Source: Eledone cirrhosa
Lineage: Eukaryota
Length of the DNA stretch: 64,000 bases
Direction: 5' to 3'
Assembly (NCBI GenBank): GCA_964016885.1
Contig: OZ024740.1
Location: 353,710,001-353,774,000 of the forward strand
The notes beneath the pieces are model-generated. The model had not been told where the DNA came from. It worked only from the letters and a program-made list of their open reading frames with translations, and ran no database searches. Positions 42,270 through 57,949 of this stretch are shown here, in pieces (the first letter of the stretch is position 1; every line of letters starts with the position of its first letter). The position numbers were made by a program, and so were the translations under genes.

Positions 42270-42490
42270 GTGATTCTTTCCTGAGAAATTCCGACCACAT
42301 TCACGTAGAATCGGAGCTGTGATTTCTCATTTCGGAGAATTAGCAGCTCTACCTGGAGCAGCTCGCTGATCTCGGAGCTACTCATTTTATCGAGTAACGT
42401 TATTCCAAAGACCTTTCGGAGGAACCATATTTCGGCCGCTTGCATTCGTGATCGTATTGTTTTGGTCATTACTCAAGATTCATGACTATT
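42270..42490 (-). pseudogene. RTE-clade LINE post-RT remnant
   Basis: MTKTIRSRMQAAEIWFLRKVFGITLLDK..EKSQLRFY; homologous to 35100-35280. Confidence 0.75.
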
Positions 42491-43149
42491 TAAAAAAGAA
42501 AATGTTAGGAAGAAACTATATAAAAAGCAGATTAATGCGAAGAAGGTTGTTATTTCTTAGTTGAAAATTTGATTAAAGATTAGATAATTCAACTCACATA
42601 TCTAGTACAGCATTCAGTCTCTTGTAATATTTAGTTTTTGTACTAATGCTAGATTTAAACAATTGTGTTGTTACAAACGGTAATGGAATACGGATAGCCT
42701 GATTTCATAAATTTATATATTTGTAAATTATATTCCACCAGAATATTCCTAACGGAACTCCTTTAAATGTAACCTTTAATTGGAGTATCTGAACTAATTT
42801 CAATTAAACTTACATAATCCACTGCCGGGAATCCTGTTCTTTTATACTGAATAGATTCTGTACTCACAATTATCTTTCTTCAATTTTGTGAAATAACCAA
42901 TTAGAGATTCTAATAAGTTGCAGAGATGATTCGTTACAGATTTCAACTTAAATCTGATTCATATTTATTGAAGAAAGTCGGTAAGAATCGGAAAATAGTT
43001 AAAAAAAGAATTGTTCTACAACAAGAATTGTTCTACAAAAATATTGCAATTTACACGATAACGATAACATTTTATCTTCGACTTGAAAAATATTCTTTGT
43101 AGAGATAAACATGAATCATTCAAAATTGTAAAAGTATCGGCCAAGTTAA

Positions 43150-43760
43150 GTTTGCCATTCTTCAAAGCCATACCGAAATTTATAATCTATAAAATATGCC
43201 AATATAGAAAAAATATTACTTCGCAGTAGCCATCTAATTTCTGTATGTAAAAGTAAAATGTTACGAAAACAACTTATATCTTCACATAAGTCTTTATAAA
43301 GGCGAGGTTTAATAAACTTGATAAACAGAATTTTATCTAAAACTGACGTTAATGTAATACGTTGTGTTACGAATGCCGTGATTATTGTAACAGGTTTGTA
43401 CACATTTCTTATTTCGTGTTACAGCCGCAGTTAGTTTTCCATAAAAAGTTCCTTTAATCCACTGCTGCATACTGCAATGCTTTTGACCCAGCTTAAATTA
43501 CGTGTTTTTTCATAAAATTATCAATTGAATTAAAAATATTTCCCGTCGTATATATTTCCAAACTTTCATATAAAAGTAATTCTTCAATTGTTTTCTTAAA
43601 ATCATATCAAACAAAAACAAATAAAATTGCCTGCCCAGCACCATCTGTGGACTCGGTACAGAAGTGTTGGAAAAAGTTACAGTTTCAACTTTTAACAGAA
43701 TATGCATCAAACACGGACGAAGAAATACATTTTACACAATATTTAATAAGTGATTCGCTA
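43150..43760 (-). pseudogene. hAT (Charlie/Buster-type) transposase remnant
   Basis: RLYKDLCEDI...LLLHTEIRWL.RS resembles the LLLHTEVRWLSRG motif. Confidence 0.65.
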
Positions 43761-44873
43761 ACAGGTGCTTCACCGGTGAGATCATGCAGTAACACGTATC
43801 AAACGACTAATACTACTACTGCTAATATTACAACAGCTACTACTACTATTACTAAACATAATAATAATGATAATGATTATAATAATAGTTTCATTTATTG
43901 GTCACAAGGGCCGACATATAGAGGACAATTCAAAGACAGGGACATTGGGGGTTTACAATAAAATCGAGTAAAAATACACAATAACAAAAACAATTAACAA
44001 TGAAAATATATAAAAATATGAAAATAGGAAAAATATAACAAAATAAATTCCCCATTAAGGGGGCGAATCACCCAGAGGAGACTCAGGTACCCACAAATCA
44101 TGAACCTCCTGACTCTTTGAGGGCACCCGGGAAGGGCACCGATCTCCTCCTCAAATTAACCAGTCACAAAGCCACATATTTAGTTGCAGAAGCACTAGTC
44201 GGTTAATTCGTCCTCGATACTTCACTGGTACTTATTTCATCAACTCCAGAAATCACACATTTGACGAGGAATGAGCGACTCAACTCCAATATATAGCAGG
44301 TATTTATTTGATAAAACTTGAAGGCTTTGAAAGCAAAATCAACCCGTGTGATTTGAAGACCCAGAATGAATGAAGTAATTAAATACAGACACTCTACCAA
44401 TTCAGCCAACGGGTACAGTTGAAACGAATATAAATTGAACAAAGACGGCGGGCGTATTGTCAATCAATGTGAATGTAGATTCGTTAATATTAACTTAAAA
44501 GTCAATGTAGGTATGTATATGCTTGTGATATCTGAAATTGTGATAAATGAAAGGCGTTTCTATGAATATAAGTGGGGAGAGGGGGGGGGGGGCATCGGTA
44601 AATTAGCAATAGAAATAACGATAAAGAAAAACAAATAGAAAAGTCAGCTTGATAAATCTGACACCTGAAGATGTTTTATTGTCATCTGGGGAGATAAATC
44701 TATAATTGCATTTTTCATATGTCGACAAAATGAAGCAAATACACATTGCACACATTGAAAGAGATACGCAGATAACTCGATCGATCAGTAGATAGGTAGA
44801 TAGATAAATAACACCGCTGTTAATGAACTCTCTCTCCACATACACACAAGCGCGCCGACACATACATACATAA

Positions 44874-44940
<67 letters not shown>

Positions 44941-44957
44941 AAGAGAGGGTGATATCG

Positions 44958-45031
<74 letters not shown>

Positions 45032-45879
45032 GATATATATTTGTAAATGCTAGTTCAGTAAGTAGGTGGCTAATATAAAATAAAAATACTCAGTGTTTTA
45101 ATGTTGGGAATATATATTTATTGGCGATATTTTGCTACCCTCAGCAAGTAGCATTTTATCTAGAGATATCAACAAGCAATGAATCATAGTTAAGATATGT
45201 GATGGAAAGGATAAGAGAACATTGGAATAAAATTACGACTGATTAAGGTGTTTCTATATAAAGTTAACCAATGGTATATGAAGAGAATGACATCGACAAT
45301 AAATATCTCATATTCATTTGATATATATACAACTCCCTTTTAAATCGAGTAAATAAGTTGAAGTCGACAAGAGGGTGGGTGTTATTAACTGGAGAAGAGA
45401 AATTAGTCTGAGAATATCAGACTCACATACGATTGACACTTCGCGAAAATGTCACCAAGAGCTTATAACTTATTGAAGTAAGAACTTACATAGAACATGA
45501 TATGTTTTTGTCATGTCCTTGTAAATATTTTAAAAACTGTAGTTTTAACGTACAAAGGTCCAATACGAGCAAAACCAGACAGGCTAAGATAGAAGATGCC
45601 CTTATACCACCTAAGTAGTGTATTCTCACTTGCGTATAAGTGGTAATATTAGATAGTTTCTATATACATTATATGTATTTCGTTTTATTCATCATCATCA
45701 TAATTATCATCACCCTTTTTTATTGTTGTTCTTTTTGTATACCATCCTACAAAAATGTACTATTATATGCAATACTGAAAATGGCAGTGGCAGATTGGGG
45801 ATATTCCAATTCGTATGAGTTGAAGAATGGTGACGCTGCTGAGGAAGGACCCAAATAAAAGACTGGGAGTGATTGAAAA

Positions 45880-46540
45880 CACCAGGCCTATGAATGAGTT
45901 TAACCCAAAAATGAAGATGTTGGCAAAGTAGTTTACCAAGAGGTGGTCACATGTTATCGGTGGTTTCGTCAGTGACATACAAGCCTGAACGATCCCGGAC
46001 AGAACATCTATCCAGAGCTCTCCCATCTCATGCAATATATCGTTGAGCGGTCCGATACTAGATCTGAATTCGGTAGAGTCCTGATCAATTTAGATCAGTC
46101 AGTCAAAAGGGTACGACGCGTGTCATACGAAAGCGGACATATGTTCACCGCCAGCGTGTCCCTGTACTTCATCAGCGACGGGATCCCCATATTGTGGGTA
46201 TTTTGCAGCTAGTGGACTTTGTAACCACACAAACAAAATAGCATAGGCTCTAATCTTATCAGGAAATTTCTGGGACGAGTGACGGCGTTCAGGCAGTAGT
46301 ACTTCATCAAAACAATGTATAAGATAACTATTGCTAACCGCTTTTTCAGAACAACTGCTCAGCCCATTTCTGAATGAGACAGGTAACCCTGGTCGTGAAC
46401 TCTTCCTACTTTTTGTCCCCTGTAGGTCTGGTCCCAACCAGAACCTAAGCACTTCAATAATCATCCATTCTAAGTTGACTTCCCATGCATTGAGTTGTAT
46501 GCTCACCTTCTTCCGTTTTCTCTTGGTACACCAATAAAAG
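45880..46540. pseudogene. L1/Tx1-type RT fragments in both orientations
   Basis: Plus strand HLMQYIVER..GRVLINLDQS (L1-type LDQ.KAFD region); minus strand EVLRFWLGPDLQ. Confidence 0.45.
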
Positions 46541-47527
46541 AATGTCGACCTCCTTGATGCCCAGCGTGTAAAACACCAATTATTTCATCTCAACATTTTA
46601 CCATACGAACTAAATTTAAAATTTAAGATTATACATAATTACATATTCTATTTATATATATTCACAACTATCGTATATATATAAATAATTTCTCTTAGTA
46701 ACCCGACTAACACTTAAATTTATTAAATAACTAAATAAAACTTAGGAGTTAGAAAGAAAAATAGATATACGATAAAATAAAATAAAGGAAATCAGACAGA
46801 CAGAGGGATAAATGGATGTAAAGGCATACATATGATTAGGTGGATAGATAAATAAATAGTTAGATAGGTATATAGATAGTCAGGACGTTAGGTACTCTCA
46901 GATCTTGAATAATCTTCCAAGAAATAACAAACAAATCAACCACATCTCCAAATGTTTCAACCAACAATAATTCCGTACTCGATTTGACTTTGGTGATTTA
47001 AAATATAGATTTAAAATCATCATCAAGTGATACTCGTTTTTTCTATAGTGGATATTTCAGGCTCATGAGCTTGTTCAAGCCGAAACTATTTTTTATTTGC
47101 TTCATTGTTTGCTTCATTAATCAAAATCTCTCAATATCATGAAAAACCTTTGATATTATATAAAAACAAAACACACAATTAAAGGAAACAGAAAAGGAAG
47201 AAAGAAAAAGAAAATGAAAAGGAGGAAAAGAAAGAAGGATCAAGCAACGAAAGAAAGGGAGTGGGGGAGGGACAAATGTTACACCCCAGTCTGAGCAGTA
47301 CTTCAGCCGCTTCCCGCGGACAAAACAGCAAAAGCGTTACCGCAGAGAATGGCTTGAGTCACCCGCTGCAACAACCATCCTCACGGGGCTCCTTCCTCAA
47401 GCAGGCCGCTGTCTCTTCGACTGCGGGGAGCAAGGTCTTGACGGGGACCGGTGCAAAGAAGAAGTGATCGATCAGGTCCCGGTATGTGACTATTCTTCCT
47501 CTCCGCATTGCGAGCAGCAGAGCCCGA

Positions 47528-47645
47528 GCTCTTAAAATATACATGGCCCAGATTTATGGTGGTTGAAACCTGAGTTTACATAAATGAACTTGGATAAACT
47601 TAGATTTCGACCACAATTAATTCAGGCAATGTATATTTTAAGGGC
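47528..47645. repeat. Diverged ~55-bp-arm inverted repeat
   Basis: gctcttaaaatatacat..gaaacctgagttta / taaacttagatttc..atgtatattttaagggc. Confidence 0.6.
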
Positions 47646-47672
47646 CAAGAGCACCACTCCATGGAGGTTACA

Positions 47673-47726
<54 letters not shown>

Positions 47727-47761
47727 CCTCTCCACCCTCTCTCTCTGTATATACACACGCA

Positions 47762-47854
<93 letters not shown>

Positions 47855-48300
47855 GTGTGTGTGTGATTAACCGGTCCATCTGAATCCGAACAAACATACA
47901 TTATCTATTGAACTCAAGCTTCACAGATATTTCCTTGTCACTTTTGTCATAACTAATGCAACGAACCAGTCTCTGATCGGTAGGAAACTTATTCGCCATC
48001 ACTATATTGTCAAAAAATTAATATTAAAAAATTAATATTAAAAAATATCTAGATGTATATAAAGTATATATGTGTATGTGAGAAAGGGGCGGAATGAGAG
48101 GGGCTGTGAGAGTGAAAGGAGAGAAATAGAGAATAGGATGTGTTTAAAAAATACATAGTATTATAATATAAAAAGGATTTTATATAGTAGTTAGTTGTAA
48201 GGAAAATAGATACTTTCCAATAAACGTATTCAAACTCAATGAAAAAATCTTAATATAGTGAGTGACGTAGAAATATTCACTTGCAAACTATATACATAGG

Positions 48301-48368
<68 letters not shown>

Positions 48369-48651
48369 GGGGGGGGTTGATGTTAGCGATATAGTTAGAT
48401 ACGTTTAATTTAATATTTACACACTAAATAATCAAGCTAAATGTCTGACATATGTATTGACTAGATAACATATTACTAAACCTTTCTTATCAGAAAAAAT
48501 TGTTGATGAACACCATTAAACCATGATAACATTCAAGAATCATTAGTTGTATCAGTGATACTCTTATTAAAATGTTTGCATAAAGGTGAATTTTTTTTTT
48601 TTTGCAGACTTTCGTGAAAACATTTGATTTTCATTATAATGTATAAACTAG

Positions 48652-48835
48652 GACGGTGGATTGGCAGTATCGGTAGAGGGTCGGACGCCATGCTTTCCAG
48701 CATAGTTACGTCCCTTTACGATCTGAGTTCAAATCCCGCCGAGGTTGACTTTGCCTTTCATCCCTACGGGGTCGATAAAATAAAGTACCAGTAATGCACT
48801 GGGTAATTGCTGGCCTTGTGCCTAAAGTAGAAACA
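48652..48835 (+). mobile_element. Young full-length SINE family 1 with perfect 19-bp TSD
   Basis: attataatgtataaactag at 48633-48651 and 48836-48854. Confidence 0.95.
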
Positions 48836-49386
48836 ATTATAATGTATAAACTAGTTAATAGGAATAGTGGGAAAGCAATGATTAAGCTGATTAGTTGTTA
48901 AACAGAAGTTAGCGCTCAGAAGTAGTATATGCGATCTATGACTCGTGGTTGGGGTTATATCATTTACTTTTCATCACTGATATCCTTAAGAAAGGCATGT
49001 AAAACATCCATTCTTAATTGTATTGGTCTGGTGTTTGGAAAGGTAGCAAATCTTAGAAATATTACCGAGTATTACTACGTGTAATTTTACGTTCGAATTA
49101 ACCCTTTAGCATTCACATTACTCTATATATATACTATTGTATTTTCATGGTAAAGGCTTTACCTCGCATAATTATCTCACATAATATCGAATCTATGAGA
49201 TTTTGAAAGTATTTATTTTGAGAACAATGCCTTAACATCAGTATGAGTAGTCAGTTACAGCCAGTTTCAACAGAAAGAGGTAGAGAATTCTGGCCGGTTT
49301 TGGCCGGTTTGAACATTAAAGGATTAACAGAAGTTCAAAATAACTTCTCAAAAATGCTACTTCATTAGATTTACTTTAAAATACTT

Positions 49387-49490
<104 letters not shown>

Positions 49491-50884
49491 ACAGATAATC
49501 AGAAGAAAACTCAATCAATGAAGTAGAAGGCCACACTAGACCTGCCTACCTTTAAAAACCCAAACGGAGTTACCATGAAAAAAAGTGTCCCAAAACGGGG
49601 AGAAATGAGGCAAAATAGGGAGATTTTATATAATGAAAGCTATGCTCATTTTCACAAGAGAAGACATCTCTCACCCACCTCAAAGTGGATGAACTCTTCG
49701 TCCAACTGGGAGAGTTGATAGGTCTGCCACACCGATGAGAAGAAAAACGTCTGTGTTCGAGTGTTGAAGATTATCAAGTTTAACTCATAAAATAAATCAA
49801 CATTAATGCACTAAAGTTGGAACATACACACCTTTTATAAGTGGCGTAACTAAAGTGAGAATGGCTTTAACCTGGAATCGAAATATGTGCGGCTTGTTGT
49901 CTCAGCTTGATGGGTTCTTCTATTATTTTCAGTGCTTGGAGAACAGTTACACACATATTTGATACTGATTTTGTTTGATTAAGCAGAGAAAAACGGAAAT
50001 ATTATCACATTCATGCTTTTTCTAATAACATTAGCGGCAAGTTGCCGGGAAGTTGCTTTCAGCCTATAATGACCGCAGTCTTTTTGGCAAATCATATTGA
50101 AGTAAAGCGGTTAAATCGCAAGGCTTATAATTTAATGTTACGTATTGAAATTCAAAAGGATACTAGCACACATATGATATTGTACTATAGTTTGCTTTAT
50201 GTTCTGCTCAACATTGTTGAAAACTACTGTTGTTTTGTCAAACTCGTAAAATAAAGCAACAACCAGAACGACAACAATACACATACAAAATACATTATCA
50301 TAAATAGTTAAATGTCAAAAAAGATTACAATTAGATTGTGTGATAGAGGTCAACGTGTGTTTTCAAAATATCTATTAAAGTCATTAAAAGTAAAAGGATA
50401 GCGTAAAAGAATATTTATTCGCCATTTAATTTTTTTTATATAACAGAGATTAACGATGTCTGGAACATTGTGAAAACATTAGATCTAAAGTAACCTCAGA
50501 GGAAACAAAAACAAAATACAAATGCCATTTGATCGTTTTATAATATAAAGCACGATATATCTCCCCACGAAAAAGAAATCTATTAAAAAAAACTGTGTTG
50601 CAAAAAGGCGATAATCATTCTTACATAGCACATATATATGGGGATGCTTGCAATTATTGCTACCACTACAAACATTGTAATCCCTTGAGCCTTGAATATA
50701 TAAATAATTAACCGGCTTTCTTCTTCTTCTTCTTCTTCTTCTTCTTTGTCTATGTTAGTCTTTATTACAGAATTGTTGCAATCTACGTATATAACTATTT
50801 AAACAAATACTACCTTAACTATGGAACGAAATCTGAAGACATAATATATAATATTTCTCTGCTGTGATATGACTATGCCAGTCG

Positions 50885-50965
<81 letters not shown>

Positions 50966-51489
50966 GTGTGTATGTGTGTGTGTGAATGTGTGTTTGTGTG
51001 TGTGAGATAGAAAAGGAAATGCTTCTCCTTCTTAGTAATCATTGTAAACTAGGGGGAAACAAGAATTTAATTTTAAAACTAGAGTTTCGTATTTATTCAT
51101 ATTGTAAGTGTATACTGGGTTGACAGTTCGCGTAGCGAAATTTAAATCTATCACGCAAAGAAAATTAATCACGTCTCTCTCTCTCTTTATCTCTCTACTC
51201 GATTGCCAACTCAAAAGCATAGGTAATGGATCCATTAACACCAACTACTACTGAACTGTAGCCCACAGACATCTATTTGTGTACTAAGAATTAACCCTAA
51301 CCACTGGAGCTGGACAATGTAAGTACAGAATGGAATCTTCCAGATATTCGGCAGATGGAATGAGGCGGTATATAAGATCAACAGCACCAAGCACCTCTAA
51401 AATGTTTTTCCAGAGAACAAGTACTCAGTATTCTTTGCCAACCACCAGTATGCCGATATACCACCGAGGAAGTATCACACCGCTAGTGA

Positions 51490-51793
51490 TAACATGGAGG
51501 CACTTCGTCGGTTACGACGACGAGTTTTCCAATTGATCCGATCAACGGAACAGCTTGCTCGTGGAATTAACGAAAAAGTGGCTGAGCATTCCACAGACAC
51601 GTAGTTCTTTGGGATATTCATCGTGACAGCGAACATGACAAGTCTGCTCCTTCGAATTACAAGTACAACTCATTTGCCAGCTGATTGGACTGGAACAACG
51701 TGAAATAAAGTGTCCTGCTCAAGGACACAACACGCTGCCGGGAATCGAACACACCTTACTATTGTGATCTGAATACATTAATCACAAAGCCAC
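51490..51793 (-). mobile_element. CORE-like tRNA-SINE family 2
   Basis: gtgttcgattcccggcagcgtgttgtgtccttgagcaggacactttatttcacg on the minus strand. Confidence 0.75.
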
Positions 51794-52124
51794 CTTTAAT
51801 AATAGAACCACTGCTGAAATCCGATCCACACCAAACAAAAATATGTGCAAACTGCAAACCTGGCTAATAAAAATATGAATGTGAACTTGCGGCCTTACAT
51901 GATTATATCACATAATCTGCAATAAATATGGCGGATCTTACAGAAGAATTACTGTCCACATGCAGATCTGCATTGAAGAACTCGTCCACACCTTCTGTTC
52001 TGCCGTTAAATAAAATTTAGGTCATTATCAAAGCAACAGAACAAAATATTGGGAATAACTAGACTTCAATAATACTCTATGAATAGCAATTAATAATAGA
52101 CCGAACTGCATGGCTTTTGTAATA

Positions 52125-52808
52125 ATGGTTTCTGTTTTAGGCACAAAGCCTGGGAAAAGGAAAGTCGATTAAATCGACCCCGAGGCGTTACTGGTACTTT
52201 ATTTTATCGACCCCGTAAGGATGAAAGGCAACGCTAACCTCAGCAGGATTTGAACCCAGAATGTAAAGGGCCGTAACTCTACGCCACGAAACATAGTCTC
52301 CGATGCTCTACAATACTGCCAATCCACCGCCCTCTGTTATAATAATTGTTTCTATTTTTGTCACAAGACCTGCAATTATCCCAGTGCATTACTGGTACTT
52401 TATTTCATCGACCCTGTGAGAATGAAAGGCAAAGTTACCTTGGCAGGATTTGAACTCAGACCGTAAAGGGACGTAATTCTATTCTGCAAAGTATGGCGTC
52501 CAACCCTCTACTGATACTGCCAATCAATAATACCAATCTATGCATGTTACTAATTTTCTCGTCACTATCCTTGAAACATAAAATAAAACTTTTATTTACT
52601 ATTACTTTGTTTTCTGTTTTCATTCCTCTCGTTCCATTTAGCATGGTACTGGTTTTCTAGAAGAACTTTGATTATAAACAATTGTATTTTTTTTTGTTTT
52701 TCGTTTTCTTGATAATTGTTTCTACTTTTAGGCACAAGGCCAGCAATTATCCAGTGCATTACTGGTACTTTATTTTATCGACCCCGTAAGGATGAAAGGT
52801 AAAGTCAG
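52125..52808 (-). mobile_element. Cluster of three SINE family 1 copies (52125-52332, 52343-52525, 52712-52808)
   Basis: Reverse-complement consensus matches. Confidence 0.88.
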
Positions 52809-55800
52809 TCCTTAAGACTAACGACGTTTCTTCTAATTTCAGGTTAAATGTCATTAGATTAAAATTGTTTTTCCTCACTAGATTTAATATTAGCTCGGTT
52901 ATGACTATATGTTTTCATGTAAAAGACATCTCTGGGAAATTTTTAAATGTTATTATTCAAAACTGACTAATTAATGAATAATTTTCACAATAAGTATATC
53001 CTTTTAATCATTCCAACATCTGCTAACAACGAGTTAGACTATACTTTGCTGAGGAGGTTTCAAACCCACGAAACATGTTCGGAGTCTTTACAGCAATTAC
53101 AAAAAACCAAACACCTTTCCTACTTGACACCATTTAATTTTTGATAAATTTAGTATTCAGAGTTTTCTCCCTTGGCTTTCCTAACAAGAATTGGTATTAC
53201 GAGTCTAATTCTAATTACTAACTACCTTATATGTGTTAGTGGCATTTGAAGAAAGAACTGCATTGACCTTTCTAGAATATCATGTCACAAAAAAACTTAA
53301 TGAGTTACTAAAGTCTCTGCACAAATAACAAAGAAATTACGATATTAATTAATAACAAAAGGCAACGTTTGAAAATAAAATATTAAAACAAATGACGCCC
53401 TGAAATGTATCTAAAGATATGGTTTGACTTACAGGTAGTTTTACTACACTCTTTAAATGAAATTTTCAGACAAAAGTCTCTAAATTTTCAGACAAAAGTC
53501 TATATATATATATTTTGGGTGTTTTGTTTTTCCTTAAGTGCAAAACATATAATTTAGTGTTTACATTCTCCATGGAACAGGTAGAATGAGGTATAAAATA
53601 ATAGAAAACATTAATTCACCTACAAAATTCATTATCTTTTATTGAAACAAGCACTCACTTTAAGATCACAAAAATATGTAAAGGAAAATAAGTAGGAAAA
53701 ATTATTCGAAATTAATAGCTCCATATGTAACAAAATTAAATTAAAATGTGTTTTCGTTATGAAAAAATGGTATGATTCTACTATTTATTTTTTAATTAGG
53801 TGATTTATACTTTGAAAATTATAATGTGAATGTGGAAATAAATAAAACATTTCCGTATTTAAACTTCTTTTTATAGGTCTTCAAGTTAAACATTTTCGGA
53901 TAAAATATACGACGACATATTGCACACTTGCATGCATCTGTTTTATTTGCTTTATACGAACACCCAGTTTTGTATAAAATCAAGTTGCATAGTATCTATC
54001 ATATTTAAAAGTCTCTGTAACTTAAAACAATAGTCTTACCTCAACTGGGCTGAAAATATATAATTATAAAATCCAAATGACCTCGTTATATGTGAAGCCA
54101 CTAGTAATTCTGAATTAGGACTAAATAATCAATTCAAATGCCTTCGTGGGTTTCGAGATCATATAACATAAAATATCATCCTGATGAGCACGGTCTGTAT
54201 AATACGAAAGTTCTGACGTAAAAAAAAGAGGGCATATCGACAACATGCGACACGAGAATGCTGTTCAGTGTTGCAAAACAATAATTAACTATTATTAGTG
54301 AGAAACCCACAGATAAAAAAAAATGATTTCCAATGTAAAGCAAAGAGAGTTCTGATAGGATTTGAACTCAGAATATAAAGCAATGAATTAAAATACAACA
54401 ATAAAACAATACTCATGCAGAAGGGCTGTAACAAAATATGGTAGCATACTGATTAGAAATCTGTTAGATGATATGATCAAAGAAAGAAAGGAATATTTGA
54501 AAGATAGGAATATATGAAAACTAAGGTAGAAATCTTTCCCAATACTAAAACGTCTAAAACGATACTTAAACCAGATGAATACTTTTCAGTTCACATAAGC
54601 AAAAGGAGATTTCCAGATTTAGTAAACAACAGAAAGGTAAGTCTAACAAGAAAGCTCCTGGACATCTCTGTATACACATGTTTGACTGAAGCATTGGATT
54701 GAATGACAAAAGAAAGTGCAATCTAAATAATGAGAAAGATAAGATATTATGGTTATGAATTACTAGCCTATATTAAATTTGAAACTTTTATTAATTGCAT
54801 ACTGACAACTTGAAGAGTTATTAAATCCCAAGTACTGGCACAAGGAAAATAACCATTTCCAAAGTTCTATTCCTTCAACTAACGTACACTTTACAAACAA
54901 AATGATCAAACAGAAAGAAGGCGTAAAAAATTGTTTTGCACTTACCCAACATGGCCAGTATTTACTTCAACCAATGTCTTCGGACAGTCAGAATTATTTT
55001 GTGGGTATGCATATAAATTTTCGCGTTTTTGACTTGCACCCACGAAATTGATATGAAATGTGAGAAGAATTAGCAGTATCCCCAAAACGTCTCTAAACCC
55101 GAAACGGCAGAATTGCTTGTACGGACCCATAATTGAAACCATTACTCTTTATTTGAGTTACGTTTTCAGGTAATTTCTTAAAATGGTGGGCCGGCAGAAC
55201 TCTTTCAGCGATATGGAGGAACTCTGCAACAACAGGGTGTATGTTTAATAATGAAAAAAGGCTTCAGTTTTTCGGCCTTCAGTTGCGACTGAAAGAAAAA
55301 GATAATAAACTTAATTAGAAAATATAAATCTGAAAGCAGCAGACATTTTTAGTCAAATCAGGAAATGTCTGCTTATTTTCACCTGGAACAAAAACAATCA
55401 ATTTATTTTAAAACAGAGAAAAATAGGAAGTAGGGACATTCATGTATTTCCTCAATTAAGTGAAATTGTTACAAAGACAACGATTAAAACATAAAATACA
55501 AAAGATGCTATTCCAGGTACATTAATGTTGACAGGTTTAATCGAGGGACACAGAAGATGTAATAAGAAATTCCGTGGTGAGGGAAAAGCAATATCATTGG
55601 CAAATGTCCTTTTTATTTTTTCGGACGTCTCACATAGTTCACAATTACTGTGAATTCTTCAGCAATTCACAACAATGACTATAGTTGCCGACATAATAAT
55701 ACGACAACCACTTAAAAGATGCATAAGAATATACTTGGTTGGCGTAAAAATAGAAATATTTAGAGAAGAAATAATTAAATGAAAACATCTACACGAAAAA

Positions 55801-55923
55801 CAATAGATAAGTCAGTGTTAATAAATTTGATGGCAACATGAATGGACTTGTTATTTTTCTTTAAAAACACTTTTTCTGATTCCGCCCCGCTCGTCCCTTC
55901 AATCTTTCTAATTTCTCATCCTT

Positions 55924-55958
55924 TCTTCTGATGAAGGACTAGCGTCTGAAAGTTAAGA
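55924..55958 (+). ncRNA. Minimal PLE-type hammerhead-like motif
   Basis: tctt-CTGATGA-a.ggac.tagc.gtct-GAAA-gtt-aaga; stem III essentially absent. Confidence 0.45.
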
Positions 55959-56040
55959 TCCTCTTCCTGCTATTTCAAGCGTTAACCTAATATATTCCTT
56001 CCATATACTGTACCAATTGTGTTGTTATTTCTGTTTAACT

Positions 56041-56097
<57 letters not shown>

Positions 56098-56222
56098 CCC
56101 GGGTTCAATCGGAGGTAACCACAGTAAGGAAAGTACTCAATACACAGCAGAGTATACATTTTTTATATAGAAATGGCTTCTACAGGACTAGAACTGTTTC
56201 ATTCCAAGGAAACCACCAGGAA

Positions 56223-56322
<100 letters not shown>

Positions 56323-56381
56323 TCACTCACTCACTCACTCACTCACACACACATATATATATATGTGTGTGTCTGTGTGTG

Positions 56382-56447
<66 letters not shown>

Positions 56448-57649
56448 CACACACATATATATATATATATTTGTTTATTCATTTATTTATTTGGCAATTT
56501 AAAGGATGCACTCAATAATTTTCAACTGATACATATACAACTCTATGGATAAGATAGTTCTCAATCAATAGATTGTCCACTTAGCTGTATATATCTATTT
56601 TAGGATGGAATAATTCATCTCAGTGAGTGTGCCCCGGCATCAAGTACTTGGCACAACTTCTCTAGTGAACAGGAAAAGGAGCCCTACTGATTAAGACAGC
56701 TAACAACATTAAGACTGAATTTAAAAAGAAAACACTCGTCTTAATCACACATACGCATACTAGCGACAACTGGATATGCATACATAACTTTACTTGAATT
56801 TTGCTCAAATTTTTCAAAAATCCCACCCAGCTGTATTTAATAAAAGGCGTTGGATTTTGTAACTACAGACCAAGTATGACAGAAAAGACGGAATGTTCAC
56901 TGCTGGAACACCTTTGATCATAGTTCAGATCTCAAGAATAAGGTTAAGCAACAACGAGACATACAGATAGGTAAAATTACTGACATGCTAGACTTTGTTT
57001 GTGAAGAGTCCGGAGAGATATATTAGTGTCTTCTCCATATGTGAATGGACATTTCTAGGAAACGCAAGCTATGAAGCTTGTGTTTTTATCAAAAGCGTTA
57101 ATAATATAACTGAGGTTGATTAGCTACAAATGGGGACTAAAGATTGGCTGAAATTTCAGCTTATTAAAAGCATCGCAATATATGTTAATCATCATTTAAC
57201 CAATGCCAAGAAATAAACATGATTCTTCCCAACCATGAATACTTCCATGCAATACAATATATTTACGGCCACATGTACTGGGTTGAAGAAACCTAAGTTT
57301 TTTTTCCTAGAAATAGAAAATAATGCTGGAGACGGGACACGAATTATCAAATAATTTCCGGTAGATCAGTTCTTAAACATTTCGTCATTTGCCACCCTCT
57401 TGGGAAATGGTAAGATACTCGAAAGTAAAACAAAGACGAACCGAGAAGCAAGAAAGTTTAGAAACGGTATAAAAGTGAAAACTTCAAGAAATTTAGTGAA
57501 TAGATTTAGAAGTTTAAGACCTAAGGCGAAAAAGCTTTGGTGTAATAGCTTAAACCATTCAATTGATTGTCAATATTTCTTTGTTAGCGCAACCCATCGA
57601 AACGTCTCAGGTAAATTTGCATTATTTAATCATGATTGATATCAGTAGA

Positions 57650-57882
57650 TTCATCATCACCACCATCAATACCACCTCCACGCCACCAATACTACTACCA
57701 CTACCATCACCACAACAACCACCACCACCAACATCACCCCGCCGCCACCGCCACCACCACCACGACCACCAACACCACCACGACCAACACTACTACCACC
57801 ACCATCATCATCATCATCTTCATCATCATCGTCGTCGTCGACCCTCTCCTCCTTCTCCCCCCCTCCTCCTCATCATCATCAG
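57650..57882. repeat. Compound trinucleotide low-complexity tract (CAC/CAT/CGT)
   Basis: Directly visible. Confidence 0.9.
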
Positions 57883-57949
57883 TATTCCAATTCTAATATA
57901 AAAAACAACACACAGCTGTGGTCGTTATCACCGTTGTCAACACATTCTT

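Noticed and set aside
48652-48745. tRNA gene call for SINE heads
   Set aside because: A/B boxes are present but there is no cloverleaf; they are fused to SINE bodies with TSDs.
54176-54220. CTGATGA...GAAA motif (similar weak ones near 20.9, 45.1 and 56.2 kb)
   Set aside because: Stems do not pair convincingly; at most heavily decayed hammerheads.
57563-57901. Pro/His-rich 112-aa ORF
   Set aside because: Trinucleotide low-complexity tract.
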